Shown: one piece after another, positions 47,612 to 55,666 of the stretch
How the letters are laid out: the number at the start of each line of letters is the position of its first letter
Numbering within the stretch: the first letter of the stretch is position 1
Assembly: GCA_028707125.1 (NCBI GenBank)
Contig: JAQTUX010000002.1
Span: forward strand, 80,355 to 144,354
Source: Candidatus Omnitrophota bacterium
Lineage (GTDB): Bacteria > Omnitrophota > Gorgyraeia > Gygaellales > JAQTUX01
DNA: 64,000 nucleotides
Reading direction: 5' to 3'
Translations under genes and position numbers: made by a program
The notes under the pieces: model-generated
What the model was told of the DNA's origin: nothing
The model's input: only the letters and a program-made list of their open reading frames with translations
Database searches by the model: none

Positions 47612-48289
47612 TCATCTCTCTGTCTTTTGGGATAAGAATGCGCAAAGCATGGTCTTTGATCTTCCCCTGAGAAAAGGGGGCGCGAATTTGTTCAGTCCCG
47701 TAAAAGGAAGAATACGCCCATAAAGAAATTGTAGCCCTTCGGGCAACCTCCATATATATGGCGATTTATTTACCGTCCACAGGCCAACGAACGCTTTCTT
47801 AAAATCAAAAGAATCCATCAGCCAGACAATATTTCTGGGATTATAGGGCCTTACGTGAGTATGGTCATCAAAAAAACCGAACTTAACCTGGTCAATGTTA
47901 GGAGTTATAATGACAACAATGCCGTTATTTACCAGGACCCTTTTTATCTCACCTAATAGGTTTGAGGGGTCGCTTATATGCTCCAGAACGGAATATAGGA
48001 AGGCGATATCAAATTGTCCGTCTTCGTAAGGAAGCTTATCATGTTCAAAATTGACATCGTCGTTTATATCAATTCCCGCCGCCTCAATACCCGCCCTTTG
48101 ACAACATTTAACAAAACTGCCGTCCCCTTGCCCCACATCAAGTATCTTCCCCCGAAACTTACGGTGAAGGACAAAATCAAAGAAAATCTCCATCGTAGAG
48201 AAGACCCTCTGATTCAAAGACATATTGTCGCCTTTGGCCTTCTCTTTGATCCATTTCTTATGATAAATGACCTTCAAATCCCGGCTCAC
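47612..48289 (-). CDS. Class I SAM-dependent methyltransferase
   Basis: ILDVGQGDGSFV motif I and DIAFLYSVLEHI motif II/III. Confidence 0.75.
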   Translation of the reverse strand: MSRDLKVIYHKKWIKEKAKGDNMSLNQRVFSTMEIFFDFVLHRKFRGKILDVGQGDGSFVKCCQRAGIEAAGIDINDDVNFEHDKLPYEDGQFDIAFLYSVLEHISDPSNLLGEIKRVLVNNGIVVIITPNIDQVKFGFFDDHTHVRPYNPRNIVWLMDSFDFKKAFVGLWTVNKSPYIWRLPEGLQFLYGRILPFTGLNKFAPPFLRGRSKTMLCAFLSQKTER

Positions 48290-48323
48290 TTCAGACCCCC
48301 CCGGCCTATTTAGCGCTGTTAGA

Positions 48324-48914
48324 TTAGGTCTGGATAACCAGACTTTCTTCTTCTGTATCCTTATTACTGCCTCTTTGTGAAGCTAGGGCGTTGCTCAGCA
48401 ATCCCGAGTTAAATAAGTCAAACAGATTCTGTGCCTTCTCTTTAATACCCTTGAGCTCTACCAGCCGCTGCTTGAAGATCTTTGCCGACTCCTCATCTCC
48501 ATTATTGCCATCCGGGCCGGCCGACTCAAACACACTGTCTGCTGAACCTATCATATCTTCCACTTCTGATAAGCGGCCCTGCACTAATGACCTCACTCTT
48601 TCCATGATCACCTTATAAATATCACTCTCAGCCTCATAATAGTCCTTCCTTGAACCCCTCATCCAGACCCTCTTTACCGCCCCGTATCTTTCAAGCGCCC
48701 GTATATTAACGCTGACGCTCCCCTTGCTGATCTTCAGGGCCTCTGCCATCTCATCAAGAGACATTACCCTGCCGTTAAGATAAAGAAGCGCGTAAAGCTG
48801 TGCCATTATATTATTCAGCCCAAATTTACTGCATATCTGGTTTATCTTATTCATGAAAACATTCTGCGCCTGCGTCAACTTATCTTCCATAATATTCTCC
48901 TTTATATTGTTCAT
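48324..48914 (-). CDS. GbsR/MarR-family winged-helix transcriptional regulator
   Basis: LYALLYLNGRVMSLDEMAEALKISKGSVSVNIRALERYGAVKRVWMRGSRKDYYEA closely parallels the GbsR signature (YAYLYL..PMSLD..A..L..SKGAVS...L...V.KVW.KGSRKD.YEA). Has an acidic C-terminal tail. Confidence 0.8.
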   Translation of the reverse strand: MNNIKENIMEDKLTQAQNVFMNKINQICSKFGLNNIMAQLYALLYLNGRVMSLDEMAEALKISKGSVSVNIRALERYGAVKRVWMRGSRKDYYEAESDIYKVIMERVRSLVQGRLSEVEDMIGSADSVFESAGPDGNNGDEESAKIFKQRLVELKGIKEKAQNLFDLFNSGLLSNALASQRGSNKDTEEESLVIQT

Positions 48915-48938
48915 TTAGAACGTTTAGAATGTTCTAAA
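48914..48938 (-). promoter_or_regulatory. Palindromic putative operator (TTTAGAAC-N9-GTTCTAAA, with nested TTTAGAA-TG-TTCTAAA) overlapping the regulator start codon
   Basis: Read directly from the sequence atTTAGAACgTTTAGAAtGTTCTAAAta. The 8-bp arms are perfect inverted repeats. Confidence 0.45.
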
Positions 48939-48965
48939 TATAGCACATAACTGCCCTACTGTCAA
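48937..48965 (-). promoter_or_regulatory. Sigma70-like promoter: -35 TTGACA, 17-bp spacer, -10 TATATT (minus strand)
   Basis: Minus-strand reading gives ...TTTGACAgtagggcagttatgtgcTATATTtagaac.... The -10 hexamer lies about 22 nt upstream of the regulator ATG, with no Shine-Dalgarno between them. Confidence 0.45.
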
Positions 48966-48982
48966 ATACTTACTTCTCTGAT

Positions 48983-50275
48983 TTATACTTTGTTTGTTAG
49001 TTCTCTCCGCCATAGGCCTAAGGCGGATAGCAGGAAAAACAAGGGCATAACTGCAAGGCGGTAACGTATCATTGCGGGGATAAAGGAGTGCAGGACAACA
49101 AAAGAAATAATAAATACGGCGACTAAGAGCGCCGGCTCACTTCTCTTTCTTATGGCGGTGTAAATCCCTATTAAGAAAAACGGCAGCATTGCGGCGTATA
49201 ATATCATGTCATTTACGCGGCAGAAATAAACCGGTAGATTATTCCAGGCCAGATTACCTGTCTTGCCTATAACCCGCTCATTCGGATAGCCTACCCTCCA
49301 CATATTCCAGAGGGTCGCGGGAACCGCCCTCAAGAAATGCCCGGGGTGGCTTTTGATAAACTGGACTGCATGTTTCATATAGGCCCTGCCCTGCAAGTAT
49401 TCGGTAAGCACGTGTGACTCTGTTGGGTTAATCTTTAATTCTGATAATAACGCATCGATACCGGGATAATCCTCGCTGATAAATCCGGGGTCTCTTTTAT
49501 AGAGCGCGAAGTCCCGGCTGTGGGCGTTATAAAGCAAAAGGGCATGATATCCGCCGTTTGTGCTGGTCAGAAAAAAACGGCCTGACCGCAGATAATTTCT
49601 CATACCCCAGGGCGCCAGGATCAAGGCCGCCCCCACCGCAAAGGCAAACGCCCCCCTGAACGACTTCTTCTGCTTAAGAAATATGAAGAGATATAAAGGA
49701 ATGACCGGCAGGACAACCGACTTTATAAGGGAGGCCGCGCCCGCGCTCAGGCCCGCCCAAAACCCGCTGCCCGCGTAATGGCCGCTGTTAAACCATCTGA
49801 TAAGGGCATGGATAAACAAAAGGATCAGGAAAACCATCAATGTTTCTCTCATCAGGGTGCCCGCGCTATACCAAAAGGGATAATAAAATATGGAGAACAC
49901 ATACGCGGTCATAGCCGCCTTCCGCGAACCGATCTGCCTACCAATGCCATAGACAAGCAGCGTTGAAAAAGCGCTTATCATCGCCTGAATGTATAAGACA
50001 AGAGTTAGATCGTCTCCGAACACGCTGAAAATCCCGGCTAAAAATAAAGGATATACGGGCGGTTTGTCTGCGGTCGGCTGCGGATTCAGATAAGAGCCGC
50101 GCTGTAAACTTTTCGCCAGATTAACATAGTCGGCCCTATTGCCCACAAGGTTCTCATAGGGATCATATCGCGCGTCGTGCGCCATTACCACCACTGTAGA
50201 TATGCGGACCACGCAGGCAACAATAAAAAGCAGCAATATTATTAAATTAAGGTTATACCTGTATTTTTTTTCCAT
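48983..50275 (-). CDS. GT-C-type membrane glycosyltransferase (ArnT/PMT/GT39-GT83-like)
   Basis: 430 aa, at least 10 TM helices, N-terminal periplasmic-loop region (DARYDPYENLVGNRADYVNLAKSL) typical of PMT_2/ArnT-like proteins. Lies directly upstream of a GT2. Confidence 0.55.
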   Translation of the reverse strand: MEKKYRYNLNLIILLLFIVACVVRISTVVVMAHDARYDPYENLVGNRADYVNLAKSLQRGSYLNPQPTADKPPVYPLFLAGIFSVFGDDLTLVLYIQAMISAFSTLLVYGIGRQIGSRKAAMTAYVFSIFYYPFWYSAGTLMRETLMVFLILLFIHALIRWFNSGHYAGSGFWAGLSAGAASLIKSVVLPVIPLYLFIFLKQKKSFRGAFAFAVGAALILAPWGMRNYLRSGRFFLTSTNGGYHALLLYNAHSRDFALYKRDPGFISEDYPGIDALLSELKINPTESHVLTEYLQGRAYMKHAVQFIKSHPGHFLRAVPATLWNMWRVGYPNERVIGKTGNLAWNNLPVYFCRVNDMILYAAMLPFFLIGIYTAIRKRSEPALLVAVFIISFVVLHSFIPAMIRYRLAVMPLFFLLSALGLWRRELTNKV

Positions 50276-51014
50276 CGGGATTAAATATCGGGAATTTGGC
50301 TATTTTGGATCTCTGCAGCGATAACTTTAAGGCAGTTGCTATTACACCAATACCGTAAACAATGCTCCTTCTAAAATTAATAGAAGATGAATCCTTGCTG
50401 TACATTGAGGGGGAGCTTATCTCCCCTATCCTGCAACCAAAATATATCGCCTGCGCCAGGATCTGGTTATCAAACACAAAATCATCCGAGTTTTCCAGTA
50501 TAGGCAGCATCAGAAGAACCTCTCTGGTAAAGGCGCGGAAACCGGTATGATATTCAGAGAGCTTAGCGCCCAAAAATACATTTTCTATGAAGGTAAGCGC
50601 CCTATTGGAGATATATTTGTATAGAGGCATGCCTCCTTTCAAGGCATATCCTCCCAATATGCGGGAACCCAACACTATATCAAACATACCCGAGGTCAAT
50701 AAACCGGCCATTGCGGGTATAAGCTTGGGAGAATATTGATAATCCGGATGCAGCATTATGATGATATCGGCATTCCGCCTTAAGGCCTCTGCATAGCAGG
50801 TCTTTTGATTGGAGCCATAACCTCTGTTTTCACCGTGCACATAAACATCCAGGTTCAATTTCTTTACCGTCTCCACGGTGTCATCCTGGCTGTGGTCATC
50901 AACAACGAGGACCTCATCTACTATATCTTTCGGGATCTCCCTGTATGTCTTCTCTATCGTCATGCCGGCATTATATGCCGGCATAACTACAACGATCTTC
51001 TTATTCATTAACAT
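50253..51014 (-). CDS. Glycosyltransferase family 2 (polyprenol-phosphate sugar synthase-like, soluble)
   Basis: IVVVMPAYNAGMTIEKTYREIP...VLVVDDHSQDDT GT-A N-terminus. Similar to the Dpm1/ArnC catalytic domain. Confidence 0.8.
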   Translation of the reverse strand: MLMNKKIVVVMPAYNAGMTIEKTYREIPKDIVDEVLVVDDHSQDDTVETVKKLNLDVYVHGENRGYGSNQKTCYAEALRRNADIIIMLHPDYQYSPKLIPAMAGLLTSGMFDIVLGSRILGGYALKGGMPLYKYISNRALTFIENVFLGAKLSEYHTGFRAFTREVLLMLPILENSDDFVFDNQILAQAIYFGCRIGEISSPSMYSKDSSSINFRRSIVYGIGVIATALKLSLQRSKIAKFPIFNPDGKKIQV

Positions 51015-51159
51015 ATCATTACCCCGCCGGAATTCCCCTGATGTATTTCTCTAATATCCCCGCGACAAACCCATGCCCATAAGGTGCCCTCTTCGTTAAT
51101 CTTGAAAATGTTGGAATATATGTTATCCTGAATGTCATTTACTTTGAAATATTGAATAA

Positions 51160-52407
51160 TTACCGAGTCTTTCTACGCAGATTCACAAGTTGGAAGAAAA
51201 TATGGATACCGTATGCCGATATCATCATTGTCAATGGCTCTATCATCCAGCGATGCCTTATCTCTATATAAAAAATGCTGTTGGCAAGCGATACTGTCAT
51301 AAAGAAAAGAAACAGAAAAACAAGAGGGGCGGGATCTATGTTATTCCTTCTGATAAAGTATATCCCGATCAGGAAGAATGACGACATAACGCCGTATAAA
51401 ATCTGATACGGCAGAAGCCATTCTCCCGGGTAAAGCACGCCTGTCTGCGGCGCGAAAGACCAAAAGTAGATGAATTTCTTAACAGTATTCTTAAAAAACA
51501 GCGCGGGATCATTCTTAATGTATCTTAATGCCTCGGATTTAAATAGATCGCGCTGCCCTATCTCATCGAGGCCTGAAAGCCTTCTCTGAAAATCTGCTCC
51601 CGACAGCTCAATCATGTTCCTGCCGTCTATATCTAATGATGTCCCTGAGGAAAGAGGGCTATTGCCTCTCCAGAGATGTTCCGCGGAGGTCGTAGTCACA
51701 AAGATAAAACGATCATAGATCTTATACCCGCGATATACCCAGGGAGATATGCAGACCACAACAGATAAAACTATCGTCAAGGACCTGGCAATGATCCTGG
51801 ATAAATGCTCTCTCTTCACAAGAAGATAGACAGCATAACACGGGATAATAAAAATCATGGTGGGGCGCAATAATACCCCTAACCCTGTCAAAATACTCGC
51901 GGCGAAAAAATGTCCGGGTTTATGGACACAACAAGTCAACAGATACATGATAATGACAATAAAGAGCACCACTAATGACAACTCATGAATTTTTGTAGCA
52001 TAGACAATAAGCCCGGGATGAAGACAATATAACAACCCGGCAATTGTTGCCGTCTTCTCATTAAACAGGTATTTCGCTAAATTGAACAGCGGGATAATAA
52101 CCAGGGAAGCTACGGCGGCTTGCACCAACTCCAATATAAAATAATTGGAGTTGGTAAGGTAATGGATCAATAATTCAAAATAAACATAAAGAGGCGATGA
52201 GCCGAAAAAGTAATGGTCTGTCCCCAGGTAATTAAATACATGCCCTTTACCTGAAAGGATATTCAGCGCCATCACATCGTATTCCCATGCCTCAGGGTTA
52301 ATGTGACGGCCTAAAATCAATATGGCCGCGACCCGCGGAATGAAGGCCAAAACCGCCAGAATGGCTATTTTCCCGGGTATATCTTTTCTGATTTTGATAA
52401 TCTCCAT
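51160..52407 (-). CDS. GT-C-type membrane glycosyltransferase (GT39/ArnT-like), second copy
   Basis: 415 aa polytopic protein. First loop (RHINPEAWEYDVMALNILSGKGHVF) and TM layout resemble ArnT/PMT-family proteins. Confidence 0.55.
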   Translation of the reverse strand: MEIIKIRKDIPGKIAILAVLAFIPRVAAILILGRHINPEAWEYDVMALNILSGKGHVFNYLGTDHYFFGSSPLYVYFELLIHYLTNSNYFILELVQAAVASLVIIPLFNLAKYLFNEKTATIAGLLYCLHPGLIVYATKIHELSLVVLFIVIIMYLLTCCVHKPGHFFAASILTGLGVLLRPTMIFIIPCYAVYLLVKREHLSRIIARSLTIVLSVVVCISPWVYRGYKIYDRFIFVTTTSAEHLWRGNSPLSSGTSLDIDGRNMIELSGADFQRRLSGLDEIGQRDLFKSEALRYIKNDPALFFKNTVKKFIYFWSFAPQTGVLYPGEWLLPYQILYGVMSSFFLIGIYFIRRNNIDPAPLVFLFLFFMTVSLANSIFYIEIRHRWMIEPLTMMISAYGIHIFFQLVNLRRKTR

Positions 52408-53075
52408 ATCCCTTTGACCGTTCTAATTATATCCCATAACCTCACTTTGGATTTACCTTGCATCCGGCGAAAATGAGAGACCGGGACCTCTTTAACACGT
52501 AAACCAAGCTTATGCATCTTGACAAAAATCTCCAGATTTACCACATAATCCTTAGATGTAATCTGGACTTTATCAAAAATCCTCTTATGAAAAAGCTTAA
52601 AGGCGCAATTAATATCTTTTACGGAAACCTTAAAGATTCTGCGCGCGATCATGCCGTATATGGCGGCTGTAATCTTTCTGAGAACGGGGTCGGACCGCTT
52701 CTCCCTGTACCCTACTACCGCTTCATAATCGTCAATATATTCAAGCAGGCCGCTTAACTCCCTCATATCAAACTGCATATCGGCATCGGAGAAGAACACA
52801 AGGTCAAAAGAGGCGCTTTTAATCCCGTCCCTTAAGGCATAACCATATCCTTCATTTTTCTTTTTAGATATAACCTTGACTTTATCGAATTCATTTTGCA
52901 GTTCATGGCAGATCTTGGCAGTTGAATCCGTAGAGCCGTCATTTACAATGATTATCTCAAAAGACCTCAGTATTCTATTGAGTGTATTATGGGCATTGCT
53001 GACGCAGGCCCTGATATTGCCTTCTTCGTTGTATGCCGGAAATATAACCGAGGCCTTATTCACGACTTTTTCCAT
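52365..53075 (-). CDS. Glycosyltransferase family 2 (polyprenol-phosphate sugar synthase-like)
   Basis: ASVIFPAYNEEGNIRACV...IIIVNDGSTDST...SDADMQ GT-A motifs. Confidence 0.8.
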   Translation of the reverse strand: MEKVVNKASVIFPAYNEEGNIRACVSNAHNTLNRILRSFEIIIVNDGSTDSTAKICHELQNEFDKVKVISKKKNEGYGYALRDGIKSASFDLVFFSDADMQFDMRELSGLLEYIDDYEAVVGYREKRSDPVLRKITAAIYGMIARRIFKVSVKDINCAFKLFHKRIFDKVQITSKDYVVNLEIFVKMHKLGLRVKEVPVSHFRRMQGKSKVRLWDIIRTVKGIWRLSKSEKIYPGK

Positions 53076-53769
53076 TGCCCGCCCATTTTTGTATCTGATA
53101 CTTCAACCGGTTCATCGGCGATTGAATATTGGCCCTTGTGAATCCCACGCTCTCCGGATATGGAAAGTTGCGGAAAAGTTCCGAATAATCCAGGCCTGGC
53201 AGCTCCTTTAAATATACAATATTACAATCAAGAGATTTTAATGTATCGATATCCGCGATGTTGCCGTTACCGTCCTTAAAATAAACTCCGCGGTATGGGT
53301 CAAATACGCGCCATTTATTATCCAATTTGACAAAGGACAAAGCAATCCTCCTTGGGCCCACCCCCATAAAGAATGCGTCAAGATTGAGATAATTACAGAG
53401 CGTGGTAAAAACATCCGATGCCTGATCCGATGCGCCGTAGCCCCTTACAATAATATGCCAGACATGGTCGTCTATGACAGGGAGCCCTTCCGGAACCTTC
53501 AGAATATTATTATACGTCCATTCGAATAATCTAAGGGCTTTTTCTTTATCGCTATATGCATCCCCGGCCACCCTGTCGGCTAACCACTTATAATTATAAT
53601 GCCTGTCATAAAAATCCAGGATTTTAAGATACAACGGGACCTTAATAAGTTTTACCTCTCCATTAATCCCCTGTTTACTGCCGACCTTTATATTAAGAAA
53701 GATAAACAGGCATATAAGAATAATGGAGAAAGCGGTAAGAATAATTAACTTTGATTTATATTTCCTCAT
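53056..53769 (-). CDS. Hypothetical membrane-anchored protein (possible degenerate transglutaminase-like fold)
   Basis: N-terminal TM helix. The region ALRLFEWTYNNI...RGYGASDQASDVFTTLCNYLNLDAFFMGV...WRVFDPYRG is reminiscent of a transglutaminase-like core but lacks the Cys/His catalytic residues. Confidence 0.35.
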   Translation of the reverse strand: MRKYKSKLIILTAFSIILICLFIFLNIKVGSKQGINGEVKLIKVPLYLKILDFYDRHYNYKWLADRVAGDAYSDKEKALRLFEWTYNNILKVPEGLPVIDDHVWHIIVRGYGASDQASDVFTTLCNYLNLDAFFMGVGPRRIALSFVKLDNKWRVFDPYRGVYFKDGNGNIADIDTLKSLDCNIVYLKELPGLDYSELFRNFPYPESVGFTRANIQSPMNRLKYQIQKWAGNGKSRE

Positions 53770-55665
53770 CTAATCTATGAATTGACGATGCCAAAGCTCA
53801 AGCATCAGCAAAGACCAGAGTTGAAATGCGTAATCTTTTTTCTGATTAATATGCGCGTCAACCATATCTTTAATCGCTTCTGGCCTGAAATACCCTCTTT
53901 TAAATGACGACGGAGATAACAACGTCTCCTTAAGAAACCTCTTCAGCTCTCCCCTGAACCATTTTCCCACCGGCAGGCCGAAGCCCATCTTACTCCTATG
54001 GATGTTTTCCCGGGGGATCACGCCGCCTATCGCCTTCTTTAATATGTATTTTTTAGTAAATCTTCTTATTTTGTATTGCTCCGGTAATTTAGCCGCAAAC
54101 TCCATTAGTTTATGATCCAGGAACGGCGAACGCGCCTCTAAAGAATTTGCCATGCTTGCTATATCCATCTTAACAAGAAGATCTTCGGGAAGATAGGTAT
54201 TGACATCGGCCATCAACAGCCTGTCGATGAACCCCGCGCTGTTGGCGCCGCCTATATATGACTCGATTAATTTGATGGGGTTGTCGGTCCTGACCATATT
54301 TAGAAAATCATCTGAACAGGTTGTTTTTTTCAGGCCATCATCAAATACGCTTACCCAGCGCAGGTAGCGCCTGCCGGCAGATAACGGCGCCGCATCAAGA
54401 AACCGCCTGATCCGCCTTATTTTATTTTTATGGCTTAGTGAGTCCGGCAGGAAAGCGGCTACCGCCCCGACCGCATATTTAACGGCTCCCGGCATTGCCT
54501 GATAGGCCTGCGCTGCCAGCATTGCCTGATAGCGTTCATAACCCGCGAAGGACTCATCCCCCCCGTCTCCGCTCAGGGCAACGGTAACATACTGCCTTGT
54601 ATCCCGGGAGACATAATACGTCGGGATACAGGAAGAATCGGCATACGGCTCGCCGTACCGCTCCACCAGCAACGGCAGCACATCCAACGCCTTCGGTTTC
54701 ACAATGAATTCGTTGTGATCGGTAGAAAATCGCTCCGCGATGCGCCTGGCGTATTTTAGTTCATCGTAATCCCCTTCTTCAAAACCGACGGAGAATGTCT
54801 TGACCTTCCTGTCCGACAATTGACTCATTAAGGCCACAACCGTGCTGGAATCTATCCCCCCGCTTAAAAACGCCCCTAACGGAACATCGCTGCGCAGCCT
54901 TATATCTACCGCCTCCCTGAGAAGCCTTATGACTTCATCCTGAGCGTCTTCTTCGGATATGCTGATCTTCTCTGAATAGTCGAGCTGCCAATACCGCTTA
55001 ATCCGCATATCGTTATCCCTTAAGGTAAGAATGTGTGCCGGCGGCAGTTTAAAAACATCCTTATACACCGTCAAAGGGGACGGTATATAGCCAAAGGTCA
55101 GGTAGTAATTGATCGCCTCATAATTAACTTCCCTTGTTATCATCCCGCTCTCCAGAATAGAGCGAAATTCAGAGGCAAAACAGAATCTTCCGTTCTTATT
55201 GTAATAAAGCAACGGCTTCTTGCCCAGACGGTCTCTGGCCAGCAAAAGCTGCCTGCGGCTGTTATCCCATATCGCAAAAGCAAACATACCGCGCAGGTAC
55301 CGCACGCAATCCTCGCCGTACTCCTCATATAAATACAAAAGGCTCTCGGTGTCTGACTGCGACCTGAATCTATACCCTTTCTTCTCTAACGCGGCCCTTA
55401 ACTCTCTATAATTATAAATCTCTCCGTTAAAAACAGTCCAAACGGTTCCACTTTCATTTGACATTGGCTGATGCCCCGTGGATGAAAGGTCAATAATGCT
55501 AAGCCGCCTGTGCCCCAGGCCCAGAGAGACCTTGTCTCCGTTATTTATGAATATACCGGCATCATCCGGCCCTCTATGCCGCATTGCATCGCGCATCTTC
55601 TCCAGGACCGGCCTGTCCACGCCTTCCCCTGCATTATATTTTATAATTCCGCAAATACCGCACAT
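53770..55665 (-). CDS. Asparagine synthetase B-like glutamine-dependent amidotransferase (second paralogue)
   Basis: MCGICGII start and FLSGGIDSS PP-loop. Confidence 0.85.
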   Translation of the reverse strand: MCGICGIIKYNAGEGVDRPVLEKMRDAMRHRGPDDAGIFINNGDKVSLGLGHRRLSIIDLSSTGHQPMSNESGTVWTVFNGEIYNYRELRAALEKKGYRFRSQSDTESLLYLYEEYGEDCVRYLRGMFAFAIWDNSRRQLLLARDRLGKKPLLYYNKNGRFCFASEFRSILESGMITREVNYEAINYYLTFGYIPSPLTVYKDVFKLPPAHILTLRDNDMRIKRYWQLDYSEKISISEEDAQDEVIRLLREAVDIRLRSDVPLGAFLSGGIDSSTVVALMSQLSDRKVKTFSVGFEEGDYDELKYARRIAERFSTDHNEFIVKPKALDVLPLLVERYGEPYADSSCIPTYYVSRDTRQYVTVALSGDGGDESFAGYERYQAMLAAQAYQAMPGAVKYAVGAVAAFLPDSLSHKNKIRRIRRFLDAAPLSAGRRYLRWVSVFDDGLKKTTCSDDFLNMVRTDNPIKLIESYIGGANSAGFIDRLLMADVNTYLPEDLLVKMDIASMANSLEARSPFLDHKLMEFAAKLPEQYKIRRFTKKYILKKAIGGVIPRENIHRSKMGFGLPVGKWFRGELKRFLKETLLSPSSFKRGYFRPEAIKDMVDAHINQKKDYAFQLWSLLMLELWHRQFID

Positions 55666-55666
55666 C

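Noticed and set aside
48913-48939. Interpreting the GAAC...GTTC palindrome as a LexA / Cheo-type SOS box
   Set aside because: The spacer is 9 nt, not the 4 nt of the Cheo box (GAAC-N4-GTTC). The site sits at the start of a GbsR-family regulator gene. Cognate autoregulatory operator is the more economical reading.
51070-51095. Possible rho-independent terminator in the 145-nt gap
   Set aside because: There is no convincing GC-rich stem followed by a T-tract on the minus strand; only G-runs without complementary arms.
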